This document shows positions 47,001-58,518 of a DNA stretch of 64,000 bases, piece by piece. This DNA is from Azolla caroliniana (taxonomy: Eukaryota > Plantae > Polypodiophyta): contig JBHGNT010000029.1 of NCBI GenBank assembly GCA_043228905.1, positions 186,001 through 250,000 on the forward strand, written 5' to 3'. Every line of letters starts with the position of its first letter. Position 1 is the stretch's first letter. The notes beneath the pieces are model-generated. The model did no database searches. It saw only the letters and a list, made by a program, of their open reading frames with translations, and was not told the DNA's origin. A program made the position numbers and the translations under genes.

Positions 47001-50000
47001 CTGAGTTTCTAGATCTAGATTTTTTCATTCCATATCATAGCTAGCGTTGTTAGCTCCGATTCCCATGTTTGAACACAGAAATCCGATATCACACGAGCCA
47101 CGTATAAACATTTTAATTTGCTCAAGCGCTCTACTCAACTCCCTACTCAAATTTGGTAATATCTTCATGTCTTTCGACGTGAGTTTCAAAATCTTGATTT
47201 TTTAATTCCATATCCTAGCTAGCGTTGTTAGCTTCGAATGGCATGTTTGAACACAAAAATCCGATATCACACGAGCGAGGTATGAACAATTTAATTTACT
47301 CATTCGCCCTACTCAACTCCCTCCTCAAATTTGGTAATTTCGTCATGTCTCTCAACCTGAGTTTTAAAATCTGAGATTTTTAATTCCATATCATAGCTAG
47401 CGTTGTTAGCTTCGATTTGCATGTTTGAACACAGAAATCCGATATCACACGAGCGAGGTATGAACAATTTAATTTACTCATTCGCCCTACTCAACTCCCT
47501 CCTCAAATTTGGTAATTTCTTCATGTCTCTCGACCTGAATTGCAAAATTTAGATTTTGTAATTCCATATCATAGCTAGCGTTGTTAGCTTCGATTCGCAT
47601 GTTTGAACAGAGAAATCCGATATCACACAAGCGAGGTATTAACATTTTAATTTACTCAAGGGCTCTACTCAACTCCCTCCTCAAATTTGCTAATTTCTTC
47701 ATGTCTCTCGACCTGAATTTCCAGATATGGATTATTTCATTCCATATCATAGCTAGCGTTGTTTGCTCCGATTCCCATGTTTGAACACAGAAATCCGATA
47801 TTACACGAGCGAGGTATGAACATTTTAATTTGCTCAAGGACTCTACTCAACTCCCTCCTCAAATTTGCTAATTTCTTCATGTCTCGAGACCTGAGTTTCG
47901 AGATCTGGATTTTTTAATTCCATATCCTAGCTAGCGTTGTTAGCTTCGAATGGCATGTTGTTACTCATTCGCCATACTCAACTCCATCCTCAAATTTGGT
48001 AATTTCGTCATGTCTCTCGACCTGAGTTTTAAAATCTGAGTTTTTTAATTCCATATCATAGCTAGCGTTGTTAGCTTCGATTTGCATGTTTGAACAGAGA
48101 AATCCGATATCACACGAGCAAGGTATGAACAATTTAATTTACTCATTCGCCCTACTCAACTCCCTCCTCAAATTTGGTTATTTCTTCATGTCTCTCGACC
48201 TGAATTTCAAAATTTAGATTTTGTAATTCCATATCATAGCTAGCGTTGTTAGCTTCGATTCGCATGTTTGAACAGAGAAATCCGATATCACACAAGCGAG
48301 GTATTAACATTTTAATTTACTCAAGGGCTCTACTCAACTCCCTCCTCAAATTTGCTAATTTCTTCATGTCTCTCGACCTGAGTTTCGAGATCTGGATTTT
48401 TTAATTCCATATCATAGCTAGAGTTGTTAGCTTCGATTTGCTTGTTTGAACAGAGAAATCCGATATCACACGAGCGAGGTATGAACAATTTAATTTACTC
48501 ATTCGCCCTACTCAACTCCCTCCTCAAATTTGGTAATTTCTTCATGTCTCTCGACCTGAATTTCAAAATTTAGATTTTTTAATTCCATATCATAGCTAAC
48601 ATTGTTAGCTTCGATTTGCATGTTTGAATAGAGAAATCCGATATCACACGAGCGAGGTATTAACAGTTTAATTTACTCAAGGGCTCTACTCAACTCCCTC
48701 CTCAAATTTGCTAATTTCTTCATGTCTCTCGACCTGAATTTCCAGATATGGATTATTTCATTCCATATCATAGCTAGCGTTGTTTGCTCCGATTCCCATG
48801 TTTGAACACAGAAATCCGATATTACACGAGCGAGGTATGAACATTTTAATTTGCTCAAGGGCTCTACTCAACTCCCTCCTCAAATTTGCTAATTTCTTCA
48901 TGTCTCTCGACCTGAGTTTCAAAATCTTGATTTCTTAATTCAATATCATAGCTAGCGTTTTTAGCTTCGATTCGCATGTTTGAACACAAGAATCCGATAT
49001 CACACGAGCGAGCTATGAACAATTTAATTTACTCATTCGCCCTACTCAACTCCCTCCTCAAATTTGCTAATTTCGTCATGTCTCTCGACCTGAGTTTCAC
49101 AATCTTGATTTTTTAGTTCCATATTATAGCTAGCGTTGTTAGCTTCGATTCGCAAGTTTGAACACAAGAATCCGATATCACACGAGCGAGGTATGAACAA
49201 TTTAATTTACTCATTCGCCCTACTCAACTCCCTCCTCAAATTTGGTAATTTCTTCATGTCTCTCGACCTGAGTTTTAAAATCTTGATTTTTTTATTCCAT
49301 ATCATAGCTAGCGTTGTTAGTTCCGATTCCCATGTTTGAACAGAAAAATCCGATATCACACGAGCGAGGTATGAACAATTTAATTTACTCATTCGCCCTA
49401 CTCAACTCCCTCCTAAAATTTGGTAATTTCTTCATGTCTCTCGACCTTAGTTTCGAGATCTCGATTTTTTAATTCCATATCATAGCTAGCGTTGTTAGCT
49501 TCGATTCGCATGTTTGAACACAGGAATCCGATATCACACGAGCGAGCTATAAACAATTTAATTTACTCATTCGCCCTACTCAACTCCCTCCTCAAATTTG
49601 GTAATTTCTTCATGTCTCTCCACCTGAGTTTCACAATCTTGATTTTTTAATTCCATATCCCAGCTAGCGTTGTTAGCTTCGAATGGCATGTTTGAACACA
49701 AAAATCCGATATTACACGAGCTAGGTCTGAACATTTTAATTTGCTCAAGGGCTCTACTCAACTCCCTCCTCAAATTTGGTAATTTCTTCATGTCTCTCGA
49801 CCTGAGTTTCGAAATCTTGATTTTTTAATTCCATATCCTAGCTAGCGTTGTTAGCTTCGAATGGCATGTTTGACCACAAAAATCCGATATCACACGAGCG
49901 AGGTATGAACAATTTAATTTACTCATTCGCCATACTCAACTCCATCCTCAAATTTGGTAATTTCGTCATGTCTCTCGACCTGAGTTTTAAAATCTGAGTT

Positions 50001-53000
50001 TTTTAATTCCATATCATAGCTAGCGTTGTTAGCTTCGATTTGCATGTTTGAACAGAGAAATCCGATATCACACGAGCAAGGTATGAACAATTTAATTTAC
50101 TCATTCGCCCTACTCAACTCCCTCCTCAAATTTGGTTATTTCTTCATGTCTCTCGACCTGAATTTCAAAATTTAGATTTTGTAATTCCATATCATAGCTA
50201 GCGTTGTTAGCTTCGATTCGCATGTTTGAACAGAGAAATCCGATATCACACAAGCGAGGTATTAACATTTTAATTTACTCAAGGGCTCTACTCAACTCCC
50301 TCCTCAAATTTGCTAATTTCTTCATGTCTCTCGACCTGAGTTTCGAGATCTGGATTTTTTAATTCCATATCATAGCTAGAGTTGTTAGCTTCGATTTGCT
50401 TGTTTGAACAGAGAAATCCGATATCACACGAGCGAGGTATGAACAATTTAATTTACTCATTCGCCCTACTCAACTCCCTCCTCAAATTTGGTAATTTCTT
50501 CATGTCTCTCGACCTGAATTTCAAAATTTAGATTTTTTAATTCCATATCATAGCTAACATTGTTAGCTTCGATTTGCATGTTTGAATAGAGAAATCCGAT
50601 ATCACACGAGCGAGGTATTAACAGTTTAATTTACTCAAGGGCTCTACTCAACTCCCTCCTCAAATTTGCTAATTTCTTCATGTCTCTCGACCTGAATTTC
50701 CAGATATGGATTATTTCATTCCATATCATAGCTAGCGTTGTTTGCTCCGATTCCCATGTTTGAACACAGAAATCCGATATTACACGAGCGAGGTATGAAC
50801 ATTTTAATTTGCTCAAGGGCTCTACTCAACTCCCTCCTCAAATTTGCTAATTTCTTCATGTCTCTCGACCTGAGTTTCAAAATCTTGATTTCTTAATTCA
50901 ATATCATAGCTAGCGTTTTTAGCTTCGATTCGCATGTTTGAACACAAGAATCCGATATCACACGAGCGAGCTATGAACAATTTAATTTACTCATTCGCCC
51001 TACTCAACTCCCTCCTCAAATTTGCTAATTTCTTCATGTCTCTCCACCTGAGTTTCACAATCTTGATTTTTTAATTCCATATCCCAGCTAGCGTTGTTAG
51101 CTTCGAATGGCATGTTTGAACACAAAAATCCGATATTACACGAGCTAGGTCTGAACATTTTAATTTGCTCAAGGGCTCTACTCAACTCCCTCCTCAAATT
51201 TGGTAATTTCTTCATGTCTCTCGACCTGAGTTTCGAAATCTTGATTTTTTAATTCCATATCCTAGCTAGCGTTGTTAGCTTCGAATGGCATGTTTGACCA
51301 CAAAAATCCGATATCACACGAGCGAGGTATGAACAATTTAATTTACTCATTCGCCATACTCAACTCCATCCTCAAATTTGGTAATTTCGTCATGTCTCTC
51401 GACCTGAGTTTTAAAATCTGAGTTTTTTAATTCCATATCATAGCTAGCGTTGTTAGCTTCGATTTGCATGTTTGAACAGAGAAATCCGATATCACACGAG
51501 CAAGGTATGAACAATTTAATTTACTCATTCGCCCTACTCAACTCCCTCCTCAAATTTGGTTATTTCTTCATGTCTCTCGACCTGAATTTCAAAATTTAGA
51601 TTTTGTAATTCCATATCATAGCTAGCGTTGTTAGCTTCGATTCGCATGTTTGAACAGAGAAATCCGATATCACACAAGCGAGGTATTAACATTTTAATTT
51701 ACTCAAGGGCTCTACTCAACTCCCTCCTCAAATTTGCTAATTTCTTCATGTCTCTCGACCTGAGTTTCGAGATCTGGATTTTTTAATTCCATATCATAGC
51801 TAGAGTTGTTAGCTTCGATTTGCTTGTTTGAACAGAGAAATCCGATATCACACGAGCGAGGTATGAACAATTTAATTTACTCATTCGCCCTACTCAACTC
51901 CCTCCTCAAATTTGGTAATTTCTTCATGTCTCTCGACCTGAATTTCAAAATTTAGATTTTTTAATTCCATATCATAGCTAACATTGTTAGCTTCGATTTG
52001 CATGTTTGAATAGAGAAATCCGATATCACACGAGCGAGGTATTAACAGTTTAATTTACTCAAGGGCTCTACTCAACTCCCTCCTCAAATTTGCTAATTTC
52101 TTCATGTCTCTCGACCTGAATTTCCAGATATGGATTATTTCATTCCATATCATAGCTAGCGTTGTTTGCTCCGATTCCCATGTTTGAACACAGAAATCCG
52201 ATATTACACGAGCGAGGTATGAACATTTTAATTTGCTCAAGGGCTCTACTCAACTCCCTCCTCAAATTTGCTAATTTCTTCATGTCTCTCGACCTGAGTT
52301 TCAAAATCTTGATTTCTTAATTCAATATCATAGCTAGCGTTTTTAGCTTCGATTCGCATGTTTGAACACAAGAATCCGATATCACACGAGCGAGCTATGA
52401 ACAATTTAATTTACTCATTCGCCCTACTCAACTCCCTCCTCAAATTTGCTAATTTCGTCATGTCTCTCGACCTGAGTTTCACAATCTTGATTTTTTAGTT
52501 CCATATTATAGCTAGCGTTGTTAGCTTCGATTCGCAAGTTTGAACACAAGAATCCGATATCACACGAGCGAGGTATGAACAATTTAATTTACTCATTCGC
52601 CCTACTCAACTCCCTCCTCAAATTTGGTAATTTCTTCATGTCTCTCGACCTGAGTTTTAAAATCTTGATTTTTTTATTCCATATCATAGCTAGCGTTGTT
52701 AGTTCCGATTCCCATGTTTGAACAGAAAAATCCGATATCACACGAGCGAGGTATGAACAATTTAATTTACTCATTCGCCCTACTCAACTCCCTCCTAAAA
52801 TTTGGTAATTTCTTCATGTCTCTCGACCTTAGTTTCGAGATCTCGATTTTTTAATTCCATATCATAGCTAGCGTTGTTAGCTTCGATTCGCATGTTTGAA
52901 CACAGGAATCCGATATCACACGAGCGAGCTATAAACAATTTAATTTACTCATTCGCCCTACTCAACTCCCTCCTCAAATTTGGTAATTTCTTCATGTCTC

Positions 53001-53700
53001 TCCACCTGAGTTTCACAATCTTGATTTTTTAATTCCATATCCCAGCTAGCGTTGTTAGCTTCGAATGGCATGTTTGAACACAAAAATCCGATATTACACG
53101 AGCTAGGTCTGAACATTTTAATTTGCTCAAGGGCTCTACTCAACTCCCTCCTCAAATTTGGTAATTTCTTCATGTCTCTCGACCTGAGTTTCGAAATCTT
53201 GATTTTTTAATTCCATATCCTAGCTAGCGTTGTTAGCTTCGAATGGCATGTTTGACCACAAAAATCCGATATCACACGAGCGAGGTATGAACAATTTAAT
53301 TTACTCATTCGCCATACTCAACTCCATCCTCAAATTTGGTAATTTCGTCATGTCTCTCGACCTGAGTTTTAAAATCTGAGTTTTTTAATTCCATATCATA
53401 GCTAGCGTTGTTAGCTTCGATTTGCATGTTTGAACAGAGAAATCAGATATCACACGAGCAAGGTATGAACAATTTAATTTACTCATTCGCCCTACTCAAC
53501 TCCCTCCTCAAATTTGGTTATTTCTTCATGTCTCTCGACCTGAATTTCAAAATTTAGATTTTGTAATTCCATATCATAGCTAGCGTTGTTAGCTTCGATT
53601 CGCATGTTTGAACAGAGAAATCCGATATCACACAAGCGAGGTATTAACATTTTAATTTACTCAAGGGCTCTACTCAACTCCCTCCTCAAATTTGCTAATT
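41100..53700. repeat. 11-mer (1958 bp) higher-order repeat domain with 8-mer, 13-mer and truncated variants
   Basis: The diagnostic monomer (...CCAGATATGGATTATTTC...GTTTGCTCC) gives ORFs at 41422, 43380, 45338, 47652, 48673, 50631 and 52055. Spacings are 1958, 1958, 2314, 1021, 1958 and 1424. Confidence 0.88.
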
Positions 53701-54694
53701 TCTTCATGTCTCTCGACCTGAGTTTCTAGATCTAGATTTTTTCATTCCATATCATAGCTAGCGTTGTTAGCTCCGATTCCCATGTTTGAACACAGAAATC
53801 CGATATCACACGAGCCACGTATAAACATTTTAATTTGCTCAAGCGCTCTACTCAACTCCCTACTCAAATTTGGTAATATCTTCATGTCTTTCGACGTGAG
53901 TTTCAAAATCTTGATTTTTTAATTCCATATCCTAGCTAGCGTTGTTAGCTTCGAATGGCATGTTTGAACACAAAAATCCGATATCACACGAGCGAGGTAT
54001 GAACAATTTAATTTACTCATTCGCCCTACTCAACTCCCTCCTCAAATTTGGTAATTTCGTCATGTCTCTCAACCTGAGTTTTAAAATCTGAGATTTTTAA
54101 TTCCATATCATAGGTAGCGTTGTTAGCTTCGATTTGCATGTTTGAACAGAGAAATCCGATATCACACGAGCGAGGTATGAACAATTTAATTTACTCATTC
54201 GCCCTACTCAACTCCCTCCTCAAATTTGGTAATTTCTTCATGTCTCTCGACCTGAATTGCAAAATTTAGATTTTGTAATTCCATATCATAGCTAGCGTTG
54301 TTAGCTTCGATTCGCATGTTTGAACAGAGAAATCCGATATCACACAAGGGAGGTATTAACATTTTAATTTACTCAAGGGCTCTACTCAACTCCCTCCTCA
54401 AATTTGCTAATTTCTTCATGTCTCTCGACCTGAGTTTCCAGATCTAGATTTTTTCATTCCATATCATAGCTAGCGTTGTTAGCTTCGATTTGCATGTTTG
54501 AACACAGGAATCCGATATCACATGAGCGAGGTATGAACATTTTAATTTGCTCAAGGACTCTACTCAACTCCCTCCTCAAATTTGCTAATTTCTTCATGTC
54601 TCGCGACCTGAGTTTCGAGATCTGGATTTTTTAATTCCATATCCTAGCTAGCGTTGTTAGCTTCGAATGGCATGTTTGAACACAAAAATCCGAT

Positions 54695-54935
54695 TATGCC
54701 TTTATTGCGGTGGACCAGGGCATATCGCGATAAACTGTCCCCATAGACCAAGAAGGCAGGTAAACCAAGTCGTTGTTAGTTCTGACTATACTAAACCCGA
54801 GTCTATTTCAGTAGAAATCTCTGAAATAGTCCTAATAGTACTAATAGTCATAATAGTCCTAATAGTACTAATAGTCCGAATCTCGCAAACAAATTTGATG
54901 TCCTTAGCCAATTAGAAGAAGAGTTAAACGACTAA
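54695..54935 (+). pseudogene. gag: gag C-terminal remnant (zinc knuckle plus Asn/Ser-rich tail)
   Basis: CLYCGGPGHIAINC (C-X2-C-X4-H-X4-C) at 54697-54738. Adding one A at 54824-54826 continues the frame as ENSPNSTNSHNSPNSTNSPNLANKFDVLSQLEEELND*, with TAA at 54933-54935. Confidence 0.85.
54825..54881 (+). repeat. 9-bp tandem repeat AATAGT(CCT/ACT/CAT/CCG) x6 in the gag tail
   Basis: aatagtcct aatagtact aatagtcat aatagtcct aatagtact aatagtccg aat. Confidence 0.9.
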
Positions 54936-56428
54936 GTCCAGCCAAAATAGGAGCCGTTTGGTTGGACAGCCCTAGATCTGTGCAGCCCATTAGTGGTTCC
55001 ATTCCCTCTAAGCAAGTTAGTGATGTGTTCGTAGCCCAAGTAGCAGTTATTACTAAAAGTACCCCTCCAGTACATACCTTAGCCCTTCTAGATTCCGGAG
55101 CTAATTCTTGCTTCATGGATAGGAATTTTGCCCGAGCTCATCAGATATCTCTCAGAAAGCTCCCATGTCCAGCCTCAGTAGTAGTCATTGATGGTCGTCC
55201 CATTGCTTCTGGTAATATCATAGAAGAGTCGGAACCCGTTAATATTGTCCTAGATAACTTAACATGTGTAGTATCATTTAATATTATTAGTATTCCAGAA
55301 CATCCCATAGTTTTAGGATTACCATGGTTCGAGTTACATAACCCAGACATAGATTGGAGGACAAGGGAAATCCGGTTGCGACAAACCCAAGGATCTACCC
55401 AGAAGGTTGCAACCATTTCGCTACGTCAGTTGCGTGAGGAAGGGCGCAAGGAGGAAATGTTTCTCTTCGCAATATCAGTACAACCCTCCAGCACCACCAA
55501 AGAGGAGTCCACCGTTCAACTTCCCGAGAAGTATCGTCAGTATGCTGATGTGTTCGATAAAGTACAAGCCAACACACTTCCTCATCATCGGCCGTACGAT
55601 TGCGCCATCGACTTACAACCGGGAAAAGAGCCGCCATGGGGGCCGATCTACAATTTGTCACCAACCGAGCTAGAAGTCCTTCGAGCCTATATAGAGGAGA
55701 ATTTGGAGAACGGTTTCATTCGGCATTCGAAATCTCCAGCCGGCGCACCCATTTTCTTCGTCAAGAAAAAAGATGGCTCGCTTCGACTCGTTGTAGATTA
55801 CCGTGGCTTGAATAAGGTCACAGTAAGAAATAGGTATGCTCTTCCCCTTATCTCAAGTCTTTTAGAACGGATCAACGGTGCCAGGTTCTTCACGAAGATC
55901 GACTTACGAGGAGCCTATAACCTCGTACGGATCCGACCAGGAGATGAATGGAAGACCGCGTTTCGCACCAGATATGGGCACTTCGAGTATACGGTCATGC
56001 CGTTCGGACTCACTAATGCGCCGGCAGTCTTCCAGCACATGGCGAATGATATATTTCGAGATCTCTTGGATGATTTTTTGATCATCTATTTGGATGATCT
56101 ACTGGTTTATTCAAAGACCCAAGAAGAACATGATTCTCATGTACTATTAGTACTAAAACGACTTCGAGAACATGGTCTGTATGCAAAGTTAGAGAAATGT
56201 AGTTTCGGGTGCAACCAAGTGGAATTTCTCGGCTATGTCATCTCCTCAGAAGGCATATCTATGGACCCAGCCAAGGTCAAAACGGTGATAGAATGGCACA
56301 CTCCGCGTTCGGTGCGGGATGTGCAATGCTTCCTAGGCTTTGCAAATTTTTACCGGAAGTTCATACAAAATTACTCAAAAATTGTGCTGCCTCTCACACA
56401 GCTCACGAGGAAGGGACAATCATTCATT
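54908..56428 (+). CDS. pol: pol, 5' part: aspartic protease and reverse transcriptase
   Basis: Frame open from 54908 (track ORF 54962-56494). LLDSGA protease motif with Asp at 55091; RT motifs KKKDGSLRLVVDYRGLN, KIDLRGAY, MPFGLTNAPAVFQ and YLDD (56087-56098). Homology switches frame at ~56428. Confidence 0.93.
54923..54975 (+). promoter_or_regulatory. Putative -1 programmed ribosomal frameshift signal (gag to pol)
   Basis: Heptamer G TTA AAC (54923-54929), 6-nt spacer, then an 11-bp stem GTCCAGCCAAA (54936-54946) / TTTGGTTGGAC (54957-54967) with one G-U pair. The pol frame is -1 relative to the restored gag tail. Confidence 0.75.
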
Positions 56429-58518
56429 GGTCTAAAGAGACGGACATGGCTTTCGAGAGTCTTAAGAAGGCGTTTACATCAGCTCCAATTTTAGGTCATG
56501 TGGATCCGGAAAAACCATTCATTATCGAAGCTGACGCATCGGATTTCGCATTGGGGAGCATTCTGTCACAACAGGGTAACGACGAGAAGCTACATCCTGT
56601 GGCTTTCCACTCCCGTAAGTTTGACGCCGCCGAAATCAACTACGAAATTCATGATAAAGAGCTATTAGCAATAGTTGATTCTTTTATGCAATGGAGGCAT
56701 TTCCTGGAGGGATCTCCTCATCAGGTCACTGTATTCAGTGACCACAAGAACCTTGCCTACTTTCAAGATGCTCGTGTACTGAATCGACGTCAAGCTCGGT
56801 GGGCCCACTTCCTCACACGCTTCGACTTCAAAATTACATATCGTCCGGGGAAGCACCAAGGGAAGGCAGATGCATTATCACGGCGTTCGTATCTAACACC
56901 ACGTCCCGGTGAGCCAGCTTTCGATAACCAGAAGCAAGTAATCTTGGGTCCAGCACGACTGCAAGCAGCACAGGTCTTTGACATGCCCGTGGATTCCGAC
57001 ATTACCAATACTATACGTGAGGACTTGAAGACTGACGCTTTCGCCCAAGCTATACTAGCACAAATTGACCCCTCTCGAGCATCATGTTCACAATCACAAT
57101 CACCAGGTACGGATTATCGGCAATTCAAATACTGTGATGGATTACTCTTCTTTAAAGAACTTTTGTATGTTCCTAATGGTTCTTGCCGCCTTCGAGTAGT
57201 ACAAAACTGCCATGACACATATACAGCAGGACATTTTGGTAGTACTAAAACATTAGATTTAGTACAACGATCATTCTGGTGGCCCCATATGCGACAATTT
57301 ATCGAAGATTTTGTTCGGACTTGCGATACATGCTGCAGAGCGAAAATGCCAAGACATCATCCATATGGTTTATTAGAACCATTACCAATTCCAAGCAAGC
57401 CATGGCAATCCATTGCTCTTGACTTCATTACAGATCTTCCAGTCTCTAAGGGATTCAGTGCGATTCTCACAGTGGTGGATCGATATACGAAGATGGCTCA
57501 TTTCTTACCATGTACTAAAGAAATATCTAGTGAAGACACCGCCGAAATTGTCATGCGGGAAGTATGTCGGCATCATGGACTCCCTGATAATATCATCAGC
57601 GATCGTGGACCCCAGTTTGTGTCAAAATTCTGGAAGCACCTTTTTAAAATGCTGAAGGTCACTTGTAACCTCTCCTCCGGCTACCACCCACAAACCGACG
57701 GTCAAGCCGAACGAACAAATCAAACACTGGAGCAGTATCTGCGGTGCTTTCTCAACTATCATCAGAATGACTGGGCAGATATTCTTCAGTTTGCCGAATT
57801 TGCCTATAATAACGCTATCCACGCATCGACTAAAGTCACGCCATTCTACGCTTATACGGGATATCATCCCCGGTGGTGTGTCCTTGAAACCCCAGAAGTG
57901 TCCACAAATCCTTGCGCGGAGGATCGTTTGGAGCGATTACGCAAGATACAAGCGGATTTATCTACTCAACTCCAGCAAGCTCAACAATCACACAAGGACT
58001 ACGCAGATCGTCATCGACTTCCATCCAGTTTTAACATTGGAGATCGGGTGTGGCTGCTACGACGACACATCAAGACTACTCGCCCATGTGAGAAGTTGGA
58101 TTATCGGCGATTAGGTCCTTTCCGTATTATCGGGAAGATTAATGATGTCGCTTTTCGTCTCGAGCTACCTCCGCAACTTCGGATACATCCGGTGTTTCAT
58201 AGTTCTCTCCTCGAACCCTATCACGAGAGCACTATCCCAGGACGTACTATACAACCACCACCTCCTATCGAGCTCGAAGATGGACCTGAGTATGAGGTCG
58301 CTGCCATCCTCGATTCCAAGATTGTTCGCAACAAGCTCTACTATCTAGTCGATTGGCTAGGATATAGTCCCAGCGAGCGTACTTGGGAACCGATCGAGAA
58401 TGTGACCAATGCTCGTGCTCTTCTAGAAGACTTCCATCGACGATATCCCGAGAAACCGGGTCCTCAATCCAAAACGACTCGTGGAACTCGTCGTTTTAAA
58501 GGGGGGATAGTGTCATAA
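56428..58518 (+). CDS. pol: pol, 3' part: RT connection, RNase H, integrase and chromodomain
   Basis: Track ORF 56209-58518, real from WSKETD. RNase H EADASDFALG and DKELLAIV...SDHKNL; integrase HHCC (57211-57333) and D(57421)-D(57601)-35-E(57709); GPF motif RLGPFRI. The stop codon lies 8 nt inside the LTR. Confidence 0.93.
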   Translation, partial: WSKETDMAFESLKKAFTSAPILGHVDPEKPFIIEADASDFALGSILSQQGNDEKLHPVAFHSRKFDAAEINYEIHDKELLAIVDSFMQWRHFLEGSPHQVTVFSDHKNLAYFQDARVLNRRQARWAHFLTRFDFKITYRPGKHQGKADALSRRSYLTPRPGEPAFDNQKQVILGPARLQAAQVFDMPVDSDITNTIREDLKTDAFAQAILAQIDPSRASCSQSQSPGTDYRQFKYCDGLLFFKELLYVPNGSCRLRVVQNCHDTYTAGHFGSTKTLDLVQRSFWWPHMRQFIEDFVRTCDTCCRAKMPRHHPYGLLEPLPIPSKPWQSIALDFITDLPVSKGFSAILTVVDRYTKMAHFLPCTKEISSEDTAEIVMREVCRHHGLPDNIISDRGPQFVSKFWKHLFKMLKVTCNLSSGYHPQTDGQAERTNQTLEQYLRCFLNYHQNDWADILQFAEFAYNNAIHASTKVTPFYAYTGYHPRWCVLETPEVSTNPCAEDRLERLRKIQADLSTQLQQAQQSHKDYADRHRLPSSFNIGDRVWLLRRHIKTTRPCEKLDYRRLGPFRIIGKINDVAFRLELPPQLRIHPVFHSSLLEPYHESTIPGRTIQPPPPIELEDGPEYEVAAILDSKIVRNKLYYLVDWLGYSPSERTWEPIENVTNARALLEDFHRRYPEKPGPQSKTTRGTRRFKGGIVS
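58291..58449 (+). other. Integrase C-terminal chromodomain (classical group I, aromatic cage retained)
   Basis: YEVAAILDSKIVRNKLYYLVDWLGYSPSERTWEPIENV matches the HP1-like pattern Y-x-V-x-x-I...YLVxWxGY...TWEP. Confidence 0.92.
58498..58510 (+). promoter_or_regulatory. Polypurine tract (plus-strand primer)
   Basis: AAAGGGGGGATAG directly abuts the TG at the LTR start. Confidence 0.9.

Larger units (their letters stand above)
1..54694. repeat. 178-bp tandem satellite array (centromere-like), left arm, about 307 monomers
   Basis: Continuous head-to-tail copies of a unit read by eye as CCATATCATAGCTAGCGTTGTTAGCTTCGATTCGCATGTTTGAACAGAGAAATCCGATATCACACGAGCGAGGTATGAACAATTTAATTTACTCATTCGCCCTACTCAACTCCCTCCTCAAATTTGGTAATTTCTTCATGTCTCTCGACCTGAGTTTCAAAATCTTGATTTTTTAATT. 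ORF-track starts recur at multiples of 178 (e.g. 12399, 12577, 12755, 12933). Centromeric function is inferred, not shown. Confidence 0.98.

Noticed and set aside
1-54694. CRISPR-like alternation of constant and variable blocks
   Set aside because: The variable blocks are allelic versions of one sequence rather than unique spacers, and there are no cas genes.
54667-54915. 82-aa ORF with hydrophobic IVLIVLIV tail (possible membrane or env-like peptide)
   Set aside because: The ATG comes from the satellite, and the hydrophobic run is the out-of-frame reading of the AATAGTNNN repeat after a probable 1-bp loss.
56209-56427. N-terminus of the 769-aa ORF as a separate gene start, or a programmed frameshift in pol
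   Set aside because: RT homology lies in the other frame up to 56428, and there is no slippery heptamer at the switch. A 1-bp deletion is simpler.
54904-58348. Short alternative-frame and antisense ORFs overlapping pol
   Set aside because: Shadow ORFs with no motifs.
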